A program made the position numbers and the translations under genes. Of a DNA stretch of 64,000 nt, positions 7,856-17,399 are shown piece after piece. The stretch lies in assembly GCA_029863125.1 (NCBI GenBank), contig JAOTWB010000001.1, forward strand, positions 79,605-143,604, written 5' to 3'. The stretch is from Gammaproteobacteria bacterium. GTDB lineage: Bacteria > Pseudomonadota > Gammaproteobacteria > Steroidobacterales > Woeseiaceae. Each line of letters begins with the position of its first letter. Position 1 is the first letter of the stretch. The notes beneath the pieces were generated by a model. That model saw only the letters and a list, made by a program, of their open reading frames with translations, did not search any database and was not told where the DNA came from.

Positions 7856-10834
7856 ATGAAATACCGTGTACCCATTGCCAGCGGACTCAGTGTCGCCTTG
7901 GTACTTTCAGTTTTTTCGATTTATTCATCGACTGCGGCCGCGCAGGATGCGGGCGCTGACGAAGCCGTGGAAGAGGTTATCGTCACGGGGTCGCGTATAC
8001 GCCGGGATCCGCTCGACGAGCCCGTCGCGATCATGGACATCAATACCCAGGATCTGGAGCGGACTGGCCTGACTAACCTCGGCGATGCCCTGCGGCAGCT
8101 GCCGATCACCGGTTCGGCGATCAATTCGCAGTTCAACGTGCCCGGCAACTCCGGGTTTCCGCAGGACGGTGCCGGCATTGGCGCCGGGGCAGTGGAGCTA
8201 TCGATCCGCAATGTCGGCGCCAAGCGCACGCTCGTTCTTGTTGACGGCAGACGCTGGGTTGCCGGCGCATCGGCGTCAGGTGTGCCCAGCGCCGTGGACC
8301 TGAACACGATTCCGGACAATGTCATCGAGCGAATCGAGATATTGCAGGATGGCGCATCGGCAATTTACGGCTCCGACGCGATCGGTGGTGTCGTCAATGT
8401 CATCACGAATCAGGACTACGAGGGCTTCAAGGTCGAAGCGCAGACCGGCAGCTACATCTCCGATAGTGATGGCGAGACGTTCGAGATTTCGGCCCTTTGG
8501 GGAGGAGGTAACGACACGACCGATTTCATACTGAGCGCGAGCTACAAGGACGAAAAAGGCATCGAGACCTGGAATCGAAGCCGCTCTGCTTATCCGAACC
8601 CGGATGCGACTAGCTGTGACGTTGATGGTTCCTTCTGCTCGTCATTCACTCCACAGGGTCGCTTCATTCTGGGCTCGGCTATCGGTCTGTACAGGAACGG
8701 CGTGCTTGATCCGACCTGCACGTCAACAGATCCCGACTGCGGCGTAGCGAGCCTTACTCTCAATAACGGCGTATTGAACGACGGTGACCAAAATATCCCG
8801 TTCTTTGATGTAAATGACCTTAATGGCGGTGACTTTCATCCGTTTACGAATGCGGATCGCTTCAACTACAACGGCCCCGGTTACAACTTCCTCAAGACGC
8901 CGAACGAGCGCGTCAATTTCTATGCCAACGTTCGCCACGAGTTGTCACCCCAGGTGACATTGTTTGCGACGCTGTCGTACACCAACCGTTCGTCGGCAAC
9001 CAAGGCGGCGCCGGAACCGTTGTGCTTCTTCGACTGCGGCAACCGCATAGCCGACAACACCGTGATTTCGGCATTGAACCCCTACAATCCATTTGGCGTG
9101 GATCTGTCGGTAGCGGATGGGACCGCCATCTTCTTCGGTCGACGCCCGCTGGAATCCGGCGGACGCCTGTTCTTCCAGGACGTCAATACCTACATGTACT
9201 CGATGGGTCTGGTCGGTGAATTCTCCGCGGGCGGACGGAACTTCTATTGGGATCTCGTGGGCGGCTACGGCGACAACCGCGGCTTCCAGGAGAAATACAA
9301 TTCTCACAACCAGGCCAAACTTCAGATTGCGCTTGACGATCCTGCCGTATGTGACGCCGTTCCCAACTGCGTACCGTTCAACCTGTTTGGCGGCCAGGGT
9401 CCGGACGGTTCTGGCTCGTTCACCCAGGAGATGCTCGATTTCATCACCTACACGCAGCGCGATTTCAGCGAGCAGACGTTGAAAAACTTCGCATTTAACA
9501 TCGGCGGCGACCTGGCAGAGATGCCGGCCGGCAATCTGGCGTTTGCGGCAGGCTTCGAATACCGGGATCACGAAGGCTCCTTCCGTCCGGATCCGATTGC
9601 CGAACGCGGAGAAACAGCGGGAATTCCGTCCGGTGGCACCGCCGGCGCATTCGATGTGACGGAATTCTATGGCGAGCTGAATATCCCGCTGCTGCAAGGC
9701 GTTTCCGGAGCTGACTACGCCGAGGTCAACCTGGCCGTCAGGAGTTCGGATTACAGCACCTTCGGCAGCGAGTCGACCTACAAGGCGAGCGGTCTGTGGC
9801 GGATCTATGAAGACGTTTCGCTGCGCGCGTCTTTCTCCACGGGCTTCCGAGCACCGGGAATCGGCGAACTGTTCGGCGGCGCGGCCCGTGAGGACTTCAC
9901 GTATTTCGATCCCTGCGCTGACTACACGGCTATCCTGGGTTCTGGCGCCGGCGGCCGCGATACACCGCAGCCGGCCAATATCCAGGCCAACTGTTTCGAT
10001 CTGGGTGTGCTTCCTGGTTTAGCACAGGTAAACCCGCAGTTTTCGGCCGTATCCGCCGGCAACCCAACGCTGTCTCCGGAAGAGTCCGACAACTGGACCG
10101 CCGGAATCGTCTACAGCCCGTCCTGGTCCGAAAATCAGGACTGGACCGACGGCGTCACGGTGTCGCTGGACTTCTACGACCTGCAGATCGACAACGCGAT
10201 TCAGGGTCGGGACCCGGGTGACCTGGTCGATGCCTGTGTCGAAACTCTGGATTCGTCACTGTGCGCCCTCGTGCCGCGGTCGGCTGCGGGACAGATCGGC
10301 CTGATTAACAATCAGCTGCAGAACATTGGTGGCATAGAAGCATCGGGCTTCGATCTGATGGTCAACTACCTCAGCCCGGAAACGTCATTTGGCCAATTCA
10401 ACGCCAAGATGAACGCGACCAGATTGAGCGACTACAAGGAAACGACCAGGAATCCGGACGGCAGTGTGAGCGTTAATGATCTGAAGGGACAGCATACGGA
10501 TCAGACGTTCGCGAGGGCTTTTCCCGAGCTGCGGCTGAATACGACGATCGACTGGATGCGCGATCGCTGGAACGGTTCGCTGGTATTCCGGTGGACTGAC
10601 GACATGACAACGGCTGACGGTTTTGATCTCGACTCCGTCATGTTCACCGATCTTCGGGCCAGCTATAACCCGAATATCCTGGACGATGCGCTAACGATCA
10701 CGCTCGGATTCAACAACGTGCTGGACGAGGATCCACCGGTTTGCTTCCCATGCGGAGTTATCGGCCTGAGCACGGTCTCCCACGACCTGCCGGGGCGGGT
10801 TGGTTATCTGAGAGTTGTTTACGAGCCCAAGTAG
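7856..10834 (+). CDS. TonB-dependent receptor
   Basis: The track ORF begins at a TTG (7790). The ATG at 7856 follows GGGGGA and gives the signal peptide MKYRVPIASGLSVALVLSVFSIYSSTAAAQ. The plug text is EEVIVTGSRIRRD ... IERIEILQDGASAIYGSDAIGGVVNVIT, followed by a roughly 800-aa barrel. Confidence 0.9.
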   Translation: MKYRVPIASGLSVALVLSVFSIYSSTAAAQDAGADEAVEEVIVTGSRIRRDPLDEPVAIMDINTQDLERTGLTNLGDALRQLPITGSAINSQFNVPGNSGFPQDGAGIGAGAVELSIRNVGAKRTLVLVDGRRWVAGASASGVPSAVDLNTIPDNVIERIEILQDGASAIYGSDAIGGVVNVITNQDYEGFKVEAQTGSYISDSDGETFEISALWGGGNDTTDFILSASYKDEKGIETWNRSRSAYPNPDATSCDVDGSFCSSFTPQGRFILGSAIGLYRNGVLDPTCTSTDPDCGVASLTLNNGVLNDGDQNIPFFDVNDLNGGDFHPFTNADRFNYNGPGYNFLKTPNERVNFYANVRHELSPQVTLFATLSYTNRSSATKAAPEPLCFFDCGNRIADNTVISALNPYNPFGVDLSVADGTAIFFGRRPLESGGRLFFQDVNTYMYSMGLVGEFSAGGRNFYWDLVGGYGDNRGFQEKYNSHNQAKLQIALDDPAVCDAVPNCVPFNLFGGQGPDGSGSFTQEMLDFITYTQRDFSEQTLKNFAFNIGGDLAEMPAGNLAFAAGFEYRDHEGSFRPDPIAERGETAGIPSGGTAGAFDVTEFYGELNIPLLQGVSGADYAEVNLAVRSSDYSTFGSESTYKASGLWRIYEDVSLRASFSTGFRAPGIGELFGGAAREDFTYFDPCADYTAILGSGAGGRDTPQPANIQANCFDLGVLPGLAQVNPQFSAVSAGNPTLSPEESDNWTAGIVYSPSWSENQDWTDGVTVSLDFYDLQIDNAIQGRDPGDLVDACVETLDSSLCALVPRSAAGQIGLINNQLQNIGGIEASGFDLMVNYLSPETSFGQFNAKMNATRLSDYKETTRNPDGSVSVNDLKGQHTDQTFARAFPELRLNTTIDWMRDRWNGSLVFRWTDDMTTADGFDLDSVMFTDLRASYNPNILDDALTITLGFNNVLDEDPPVCFPCGVIGLSTVSHDLPGRVGYLRVVYEPK

Positions 10835-10850
10835 CTCACAGCAACGATGG

Positions 10851-10880
10851 GAACGGCCCCTTCGGGGGCCGTTCTTTTTT
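10851..10880 (+). terminator. rho-independent terminator after the TonB-dependent receptor gene
   Basis: Perfect 10-bp stem GAACGGCCCC / GGGGCCGTTC with loop TTCG, followed by TTTTTT. Confidence 0.85.
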
Positions 10881-10925
10881 GCCAACAACATTTACCGTCG
10901 CTGCGGAAACCAATCACCATCACGT

Positions 10926-13025
10926 TTATACACGTGCGGTTTCTCTGCGATCGCGCCCGACGGCAAACGCATCGACAGCGATCGCGCCGTTCTCATTGAC
11001 GATGACCGGGTTGACGTCGACCTCCGACAATACGTCACTAAGCGCATGTGCCAGCACTGAAAAGCGCGAAGCTGTCTCACAAAAGCTATCGATGTCCACG
11101 GCCGGGCTGCCGCGAACACCGTCGAGCAGCGGACGAAGTCGCATCCTGTCGATGCAGCGACGCGCATAAGCCGCGTCGAACGGTGGCAGCGCGAACTGCA
11201 CATCGTTGATCGTCTCTGCCAGCACGCCACCGAAACCCAGTATCACGATTGGGCCAAACTGTGGATCACGCTTCAGCCCGAGGAACATTTCGATGCCGGT
11301 CGCAACCATTGGGGCGACAAGTACGTCGTTTCCCAGCCGGTTCCTGAGAAACTGGTACATCTGTCGCAGCTGATCCGCATCGCGAATTCCGAGGATCACG
11401 CCGCCCCTGTCCGTCTTGTGTAACAAACCCTCTTTCGCAGTCTTCAGGGTAAGCGGATACCCGATGCGGTTTGCGGCATCCAGGACTTCTTCCTCGCTGC
11501 TCGCCGCTTCCGGTTTCGAGGTCGGTATTCCGAAGTCCTCGAGCAACAGGAGGGTGTCAATCTCTGCGAGCGTGCCTCCCGACCGCAACTGGCCCTGCCA
11601 TTTTTTAACGACAGTCCTGTCAGGGCTGACCGGATCTTGCGCTTCCTGCAGCAGGAAATCGCGATAAGCAAAAAGCGCATGCACGCCGCGAAGAAACTGG
11701 CTTACACCATCGAGCACCGGAAAACCCGTGTGAGTGCTGGCGACAACGGCTTCGTCGTACCCCGTACCCTGTCGGGCAGCTACGAGGGCCACGGGTTTTC
11801 CGGATTCGGCGCGGGCCCGCTGCATGTAGCTCAGGTAGCTCGCGTAGATTTTTCCGCCCGGCGCACGATCATGAATGACGGCCGCCAGCGCGGCGCCGGC
11901 ATCCTGCATCATCAGTGACAGGCTCTGCGTCATAACTCTGCCGGCATCGGGTCCGCCGCGGCTCCAGGCATCGAGCGGGTTTACGGCAGGTAGTTCCGGG
12001 TCCAGGATCTTGTCCAGTGCGCTCACCGTCGTTTCCGACAATTCAGTCAGCGGCACGCCGGCGTCGTGGGCAAGGTCGACGAGCAACTGCCGCTCGCCGC
12101 CGGAATCGTGCAGCGCCACGAGGCCGCCGGCACCGGCCGGGTGCAGTTCCGCGAACATGATAAGCATGGTGGCGAACTCATCCTGATCGCGTGCGCGCTG
12201 CACGCCGTATCGATTGAACAAGGCTTCATAAGTCGCATCATCCCCGGCGATTGCACCCGAATGCGATACCGTGAGTGCCGCCGACTTGTCCGTGCGCCCT
12301 ACTTTCAAAGCGACGACCGGGATGCGCTTCTGCGACGCTTTCGAAAGTGCCGCCCGAAATCCGTCAGGGTTTCTCGCCGTTTCAACGAACAAGCCGACGA
12401 CGCGCGTTTCGGGCAGGTCGAGCACGAAGTCGAGGTACTCGTCCATCGTCACGCCAAGTTCATTGCCCGTCGACACGGCAACGTTGATTCGTAGTCTCGC
12501 TTCGCAATCGATAATGCCCGACATGCCGGAGCCTGAGTGGCTTATCAGCGCAACATTACCAGGCGCTTCGTGCGCTGTGCTGTCAAAACCACAGCTCCAC
12601 ACATGGTCGCGAACGTTGTAATAGCCCATGCCATTTCCACCGCACACCAGCATCCCCGCACTTTCGATCTTCTGCCTTACTCGGTCACGCAAGACGGGTA
12701 AGGAGTCATCATCAATAATCAGCGGCGACTGGATGACGGCTGCGGGAATTCCGGCAGCGATAGCCTCGTCGAGTACGGCTTCAAGGTGCCTGTCGCCAAC
12801 GGCAAAAATGACGAGATCCGGCGTCTCCGGCAGATCGGCAAGCGCGGCAAAACAGCGATGACCTTGCAGCGTTTCATATGCGGGGTTTACCGGGTAGATG
12901 CCACCACGATAGCCGCCCCGGTCCAGGTTTTTGAGCACCCACTCGCCCATGGAGTCGGGTCGATTCGACGCGCCGACGATCGCAACCGAACGCGGCCGTA
13001 GCAACGGGTTTAGCCGGTGCTCCAT
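10926..13025 (-). CDS. acyl-CoA synthetase (NDP/ADP-forming), CoA-binding + ATP-grasp fusion
   Basis: 699 aa. The N-terminal CoA-binding fold is RSVAIVGASNRPDSMG. A ligase-CoA middle region is followed by a C-terminal ATP-grasp-like segment (GYPLTLKTAKEGLLHKTDRGGV). Confidence 0.75.
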   Translation of the reverse strand: MEHRLNPLLRPRSVAIVGASNRPDSMGEWVLKNLDRGGYRGGIYPVNPAYETLQGHRCFAALADLPETPDLVIFAVGDRHLEAVLDEAIAAGIPAAVIQSPLIIDDDSLPVLRDRVRQKIESAGMLVCGGNGMGYYNVRDHVWSCGFDSTAHEAPGNVALISHSGSGMSGIIDCEARLRINVAVSTGNELGVTMDEYLDFVLDLPETRVVGLFVETARNPDGFRAALSKASQKRIPVVALKVGRTDKSAALTVSHSGAIAGDDATYEALFNRYGVQRARDQDEFATMLIMFAELHPAGAGGLVALHDSGGERQLLVDLAHDAGVPLTELSETTVSALDKILDPELPAVNPLDAWSRGGPDAGRVMTQSLSLMMQDAGAALAAVIHDRAPGGKIYASYLSYMQRARAESGKPVALVAARQGTGYDEAVVASTHTGFPVLDGVSQFLRGVHALFAYRDFLLQEAQDPVSPDRTVVKKWQGQLRSGGTLAEIDTLLLLEDFGIPTSKPEAASSEEEVLDAANRIGYPLTLKTAKEGLLHKTDRGGVILGIRDADQLRQMYQFLRNRLGNDVLVAPMVATGIEMFLGLKRDPQFGPIVILGFGGVLAETINDVQFALPPFDAAYARRCIDRMRLRPLLDGVRGSPAVDIDSFCETASRFSVLAHALSDVLSEVDVNPVIVNENGAIAVDAFAVGRDRRETARV

Positions 13026-13039
13026 CGTCGCAGGCCCGT

Positions 13040-14236
13040 TCAGTATGGTGCGGGTGGTGTTGCGCTGCGGCGCGGCGGGAACCAGAACGGCTTGTCGACC
13101 ACTGTCGCTTTAGCCATCTTGCGGTTCCAGTGCATCTCACGCTGATAGTAAATCTCGACCCAGACCGAACTGCCCGGTTTGCCGTACGGCGTGCGAACCG
13201 TGCCAAGCGCGATGTTTTGCTTGCAGACCGGGGACCACGCAGCCGAGGTTACGAATCCAATCTGGCCTTTGTTGGCTTTTTCGTTGCCGAAAATATAAGA
13301 ATGGTGCGCCGGCTTGTTGCCCTCGATATCGAGCTTCACCAGCTGCCACGTCGAGCCGTTTCGTTTTTCTTCTGCAAGGGCCCGACGGCCGTTGAAGTTC
13401 GGTTTCTTGAAATCGACCAGCCATTCGAGGCCGAGCTCCAGCGGCGAGCGCGAAACGCCGGTGCGCACGGTTTCGTCGGCCGGCAGGAAATCCATGTAGG
13501 CCGCGAGAAAACCAGCCTCGATGCGCGCCAGCTCCAGTGCGTGAGTTCCGATGGCGCGAATGCCGAACAGCTTGCCGGCCTCGAACAGCGCATCCCAGAG
13601 TGCCTCGGCCTTGTCGGGGTCGATCCAGAGCTCGTAGCCCAGGTCACCCGTAAACCCGGTCCGGGAAACCATGAGCTCGGTGCCCTGGAATTTGAGGTGC
13701 GTCAATCCGAAAGGCTTGAGTTCTTCAAGACCTTCAAGGCCCATCGTCTTAAGTACGCTGAACGACGTCGGCCCCTGAACGGCGAGGGCGGCAACGTCTT
13801 CGGTCTCGTGCCTGATCGTTACATCGAATCCGATGGCAGCCGTTTTGAGCCAGGCAAAGTGGCGTTCCTGCGAGCAAAGGCGGTACTCACCATCACGCAG
13901 GTGAAAGATCGTGCCGTCGTCGATCACCTGTCCCTGATCGTCGCACCAAACGGCGTAAGCAACCCGGCCCGGACGAATCTTGGCCATGTCGCGCGTAACC
14001 AGGCGGTTGAGATAATCGAGCGAGTCGGGACCCGTAATTCGGTACTTTGTCATCGGCGTGAGATCGAAAACGGCGGTCGCGTTTCGGATCGCGAAGTATT
14101 CGATGTCTTCGCAAAACAAGGAATCCGCACTCGAATAGCCTTTCCACTGGTGCCATTCGTTAACGGTATCGAGCGCCGCCAGCCGGGAATAGAACGGCGT
14201 CTTCAGGCGTCCCTGGTGAACTGCTTGACTCTTCAT
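13040..14236 (-). CDS. GcvT-family folate-binding aminomethyltransferase/demethylase-like protein
   Basis: Motifs ALAVQGP and SRTGFTGDLGYELW. I moved the start to the ATG at 14236 (MKSQAV...), which follows GGAGAAAGC and overlaps the upstream stop as ATGA. The track start at 14326 lies inside the upstream gene. Confidence 0.8.
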   Translation of the reverse strand: MKSQAVHQGRLKTPFYSRLAALDTVNEWHQWKGYSSADSLFCEDIEYFAIRNATAVFDLTPMTKYRITGPDSLDYLNRLVTRDMAKIRPGRVAYAVWCDDQGQVIDDGTIFHLRDGEYRLCSQERHFAWLKTAAIGFDVTIRHETEDVAALAVQGPTSFSVLKTMGLEGLEELKPFGLTHLKFQGTELMVSRTGFTGDLGYELWIDPDKAEALWDALFEAGKLFGIRAIGTHALELARIEAGFLAAYMDFLPADETVRTGVSRSPLELGLEWLVDFKKPNFNGRRALAEEKRNGSTWQLVKLDIEGNKPAHHSYIFGNEKANKGQIGFVTSAAWSPVCKQNIALGTVRTPYGKPGSSVWVEIYYQREMHWNRKMAKATVVDKPFWFPPRRSATPPAPY

Positions 14237-15777
14237 GCTGCTTTCTCCCGGCCGAGAATGGCTCTCGCCGCATTTCTTCCGGCTGCGCCACTGACGCCAC
14301 CGCCCGGATGCGCGCCGGCACCGCAAAGATAAAGACCATCGAGCGGCATGCGGTATTGCGCCGCACCGCTAACCGGCCTGACGAATAGAAACTGGTCCAG
14401 CGTGAGTTCGCCGTGATGCCAGTGCCCACCCGTGATATGAAACTCGCGCTCGATGTCCACCGGCGTCAGTAATTCACTCGCCGTAATGCGCTGTTCGATG
14501 TCAGGCGCGTAATTCGAAATCGTATCGATCACAGCCTGGCGGAACGTCTCTCGCGCTTCTTTATTCCATCCGCCTTTCAAATCGTACGGCGCGTACTGCA
14601 CCACAGCCGATAACACATGCTTGCCGGTCGGCGCGAGTGTCTGGTCGCGAAAACTCGGAAACGTCATTTCGATGACCGGGTTCGGCGAACTTTCACCATA
14701 TTTGGCCGGGTTGAATGCACGTTCAACATAGTGCTCGTCCGGCGCGATCACCAGACGTTCAGCAAAGTCCTTCTTCGACAGACCTTCAATGATCGGCAGC
14801 CCGTCGAGGGCGAGATGCAGCTTGGCAGCATTGCCCTTCGAGCGCAGATGATGAATGCGGCGGGCAAAGCCCGTCTCTACATGTCTTGCGCCGACCAGTC
14901 CCATCACGGTGCGCTTAGGATCTGCGTTGGAGATCACCGTATAACTGTCAAAACGCTCGCCGTCCTCGGTTTCGACTCCGGTAACCCGGCCATTCTCGAC
15001 GATGATGCGTTTCACGGGCATCTGGGTACGAATCGTTGCGCCGGAAACGCGCGCCTCATGCGCGAGCTCGTCGGAGACGCTTCCCATGCCACCCTTTGGA
15101 ATGGCGGCGCGGCCATGATCACCGGCGAGCCGATAGAGATATGTCATTACCGTATTGGGCGACCGCGGCCCCAGATGAGTGCCGAGTACGGCATCCAGAC
15201 TCAATGCGCCCTTCAATAACGGGCTTTCAAAACGCTCGTCGAGTTCATCGTAGATATTCATGCCGATGAGCCTCAGAAACTCCCGCATTTCCTGTTTGCC
15301 CAGACGGCGAATATCAAAGCCCAGCTGGCCCAGCGTAACGAGATCTTTCATATCTTTGGTGCCGAGGCGAGGGGGTGCTTTGTTCAGGTATTTTCTGAGC
15401 AGATCCGCGAAACGCATCATGCGTTTCTTGAAACGTCGATAGCTGGCGACATCCGCATCGGATACGCCTGCAACCGTATTCCAGGTCAACCGCACGTGCT
15501 TGCCCTTCTCGGCCAGGGCAATAGTTGTCATGTCTTCGCTGGACAAAGTCGGCGCGAGCTTGAGTTCTTTCCGTACCTCTGGCTGCAGCTGGTAGAGAAG
15601 GTGAGCACACGCCGAGACAGAGTAGCCGTCGGCAAACTCGCGCGTCACCGCAGCACCGCCGACCTGCTCGTTCGCCTCGAGCACCAGCACGTTCTTGCCG
15701 GCTTTGGCGAGCAGGGCCGAACACACGAGGCCGTTGTGCCCAGCTCCCACTACGATCGCGTCATATCTTTCACCCAT
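14233..15777 (-). CDS. NAD(P)/FAD-dependent oxidoreductase, phytoene-desaturase (CrtI)-like family
   Basis: N-terminus YDAIVVGAGHNGLVCSALLAKAG and C-terminal DGLYLCGAGAHPGGGVSGAAG. Confidence 0.8.
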   Translation of the reverse strand: MGERYDAIVVGAGHNGLVCSALLAKAGKNVLVLEANEQVGGAAVTREFADGYSVSACAHLLYQLQPEVRKELKLAPTLSSEDMTTIALAEKGKHVRLTWNTVAGVSDADVASYRRFKKRMMRFADLLRKYLNKAPPRLGTKDMKDLVTLGQLGFDIRRLGKQEMREFLRLIGMNIYDELDERFESPLLKGALSLDAVLGTHLGPRSPNTVMTYLYRLAGDHGRAAIPKGGMGSVSDELAHEARVSGATIRTQMPVKRIIVENGRVTGVETEDGERFDSYTVISNADPKRTVMGLVGARHVETGFARRIHHLRSKGNAAKLHLALDGLPIIEGLSKKDFAERLVIAPDEHYVERAFNPAKYGESSPNPVIEMTFPSFRDQTLAPTGKHVLSAVVQYAPYDLKGGWNKEARETFRQAVIDTISNYAPDIEQRITASELLTPVDIEREFHITGGHWHHGELTLDQFLFVRPVSGAAQYRMPLDGLYLCGAGAHPGGGVSGAAGRNAARAILGREKAA

Positions 15778-15782
15778 TATTC

Positions 15783-17399
15783 TTAGTCATCCCCGAAATT
15801 CTCCGGTACCGTGTTCCGCCGCTTGAGATCGGACAGTATCTCCCGTGCCGCATTTGCCCCCGGGGCCGCCATGACGCCGCCGCCCGGATGAGTGCTCGAT
15901 CCACACAGGTACAGCCCGTCTACCGGACCACGGTACTGTGCATAGCCCGGCACCGGCCGATTGAACAACAGCTGATCCATCGTCAATTCGCCGTGGAATA
16001 TGTTGCCCTCAGTGATTCCGATCTCCGCCTCGATATCCTGCGGGGTCCTGATTTCGACGTGCAGAATCAGGTCTTTGAAATCGGGGCTGTACCGGGCTAT
16101 CTGGTCGATGACGGTCGCGCCAAATGCATCCCTTTCTTCACTTGTCCAGGCGCGGCCTTCGACCTGGTACGGACAGTACTGAACGAAGCAGCTCATGAAG
16201 TGTTTCCCGGGCGGCGCCATGGTCGGGTCATTCAGTGTCGGAATCAGCATATCGACGTAAGGGTCTCTGGACCATGTGCCGTCCTTCCAGTCGTCGTAAG
16301 CGCGCTCCATGCGTTCCATCGAATCGATGAAGTGCATATCGCTGTGATACAGCGAACTGCCCTCCGGCAGCGCCGGGAAAGTCGGCAGACCATCGAGTGC
16401 GATGTTCAGTTTTCCCGACGAACCGCGAATCTTGAAATTCTCAACGCGCTTGTAGAACGACTCCGGCAGGTCATCCTTGTCCATGCAGTTAAGGAACGTC
16501 CGCTTGACGTCCATGGCGGAGACGACCACCGGTGCCGAGATCTCATCGCCATTTTCAAGCGCGACGCCGGCTGTCTTACCGTTCTTCACGATTATCCGGT
16601 CGACGCCCGCTTCGGTTCGCAGCTCGCCTCCAGCCGCCTGAAAAGCACCCGCGATGGAATTTGATACCGCGCCCATGCCGCCGCGCGCGAAACCCCAGGA
16701 ACCGACGTTGCCGTCCACTTCGCCCATGTAATGATGCAGCAACACGTAGGCGGTGCCCGGTGAATGAATACCCAGGGCCGTACCGATGATGCCGCTGCCG
16801 GAAAACGCCGCCTTGATAACGTCCGTTTCGAAATACTCGTCCAGGTACTCCGCGACACTCATGGTCCAGAAACGGATGGTTTCGTACATGCGATCTTCAC
16901 CCATGTCGAGGAACTTGCCGCCGATCCTTATGAGCTCTTTTATATCGCTGGGTTTGAACGACGTCGGGTCAGGCGCGGTGCTGAGCAGGAAATCGCGAAT
17001 GAATCGACATTGCCGCATGGTGTCGGCCGAATAGGTCTTGTACGCGTCGGCATCGTGCCGGGAAAACCGGGCCATTTCACGGTAGGACACCTCCGCATCC
17101 TGGTAGGAACCGTAGTAATCGCCGTTTTCCATGAACGTCACGGAACCGCCGTAGGGCGTTACCTGGAGTCCGTGCTTGTGAAGCTCCAGCGCCCGGTAGA
17201 TTTCCGGTCGCAGCAGGCTGCACACATAAGAACAGTTTGAATACCACCAGTCCTTGTAAAGATTTCGGCTGACCGCCGCACCGCCGATGTAGTCATTCTT
17301 CTCGACACAAACGACATCCAGACCGGCTCTGGCGAGGAATGCGGCGTTCGTTAGCCCGTTGTGACCCGCACCAACGACAATCGCGTCATAGGTTTTCAT
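15783..17399 (-). CDS. NAD(P)/FAD-dependent oxidoreductase, phytoene-desaturase (CrtI)-like family (paralogue of the downstream gene)
   Basis: N-terminus YDAIVVGAGHNGLTNAAFLARAG and C-terminal DGLYLCGSSTHPGGGVMAAPG. Its start overlaps the upstream stop as ATGA. Confidence 0.8.
   Translation of the reverse strand: MKTYDAIVVGAGHNGLTNAAFLARAGLDVVCVEKNDYIGGAAVSRNLYKDWWYSNCSYVCSLLRPEIYRALELHKHGLQVTPYGGSVTFMENGDYYGSYQDAEVSYREMARFSRHDADAYKTYSADTMRQCRFIRDFLLSTAPDPTSFKPSDIKELIRIGGKFLDMGEDRMYETIRFWTMSVAEYLDEYFETDVIKAAFSGSGIIGTALGIHSPGTAYVLLHHYMGEVDGNVGSWGFARGGMGAVSNSIAGAFQAAGGELRTEAGVDRIIVKNGKTAGVALENGDEISAPVVVSAMDVKRTFLNCMDKDDLPESFYKRVENFKIRGSSGKLNIALDGLPTFPALPEGSSLYHSDMHFIDSMERMERAYDDWKDGTWSRDPYVDMLIPTLNDPTMAPPGKHFMSCFVQYCPYQVEGRAWTSEERDAFGATVIDQIARYSPDFKDLILHVEIRTPQDIEAEIGITEGNIFHGELTMDQLLFNRPVPGYAQYRGPVDGLYLCGSSTHPGGGVMAAPGANAAREILSDLKRRNTVPENFGDD

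Noticed and set aside
13130-14332. Long antisense shadow ORFs opposite well-supported genes. This one is 400 aa. Others include 8945..9697, 6462..7205, 24767..25492, 27539..28312, 42970..43626, 56373..57422, 57127..58026, 59552..60331, 60678..61523 and 63048..63809.
   Set aside because: This is typical of GC-rich coding DNA. Their products are Arg/Ala/Pro/Gly-rich low-complexity text without motifs, and the opposite-strand genes carry clear family signatures.
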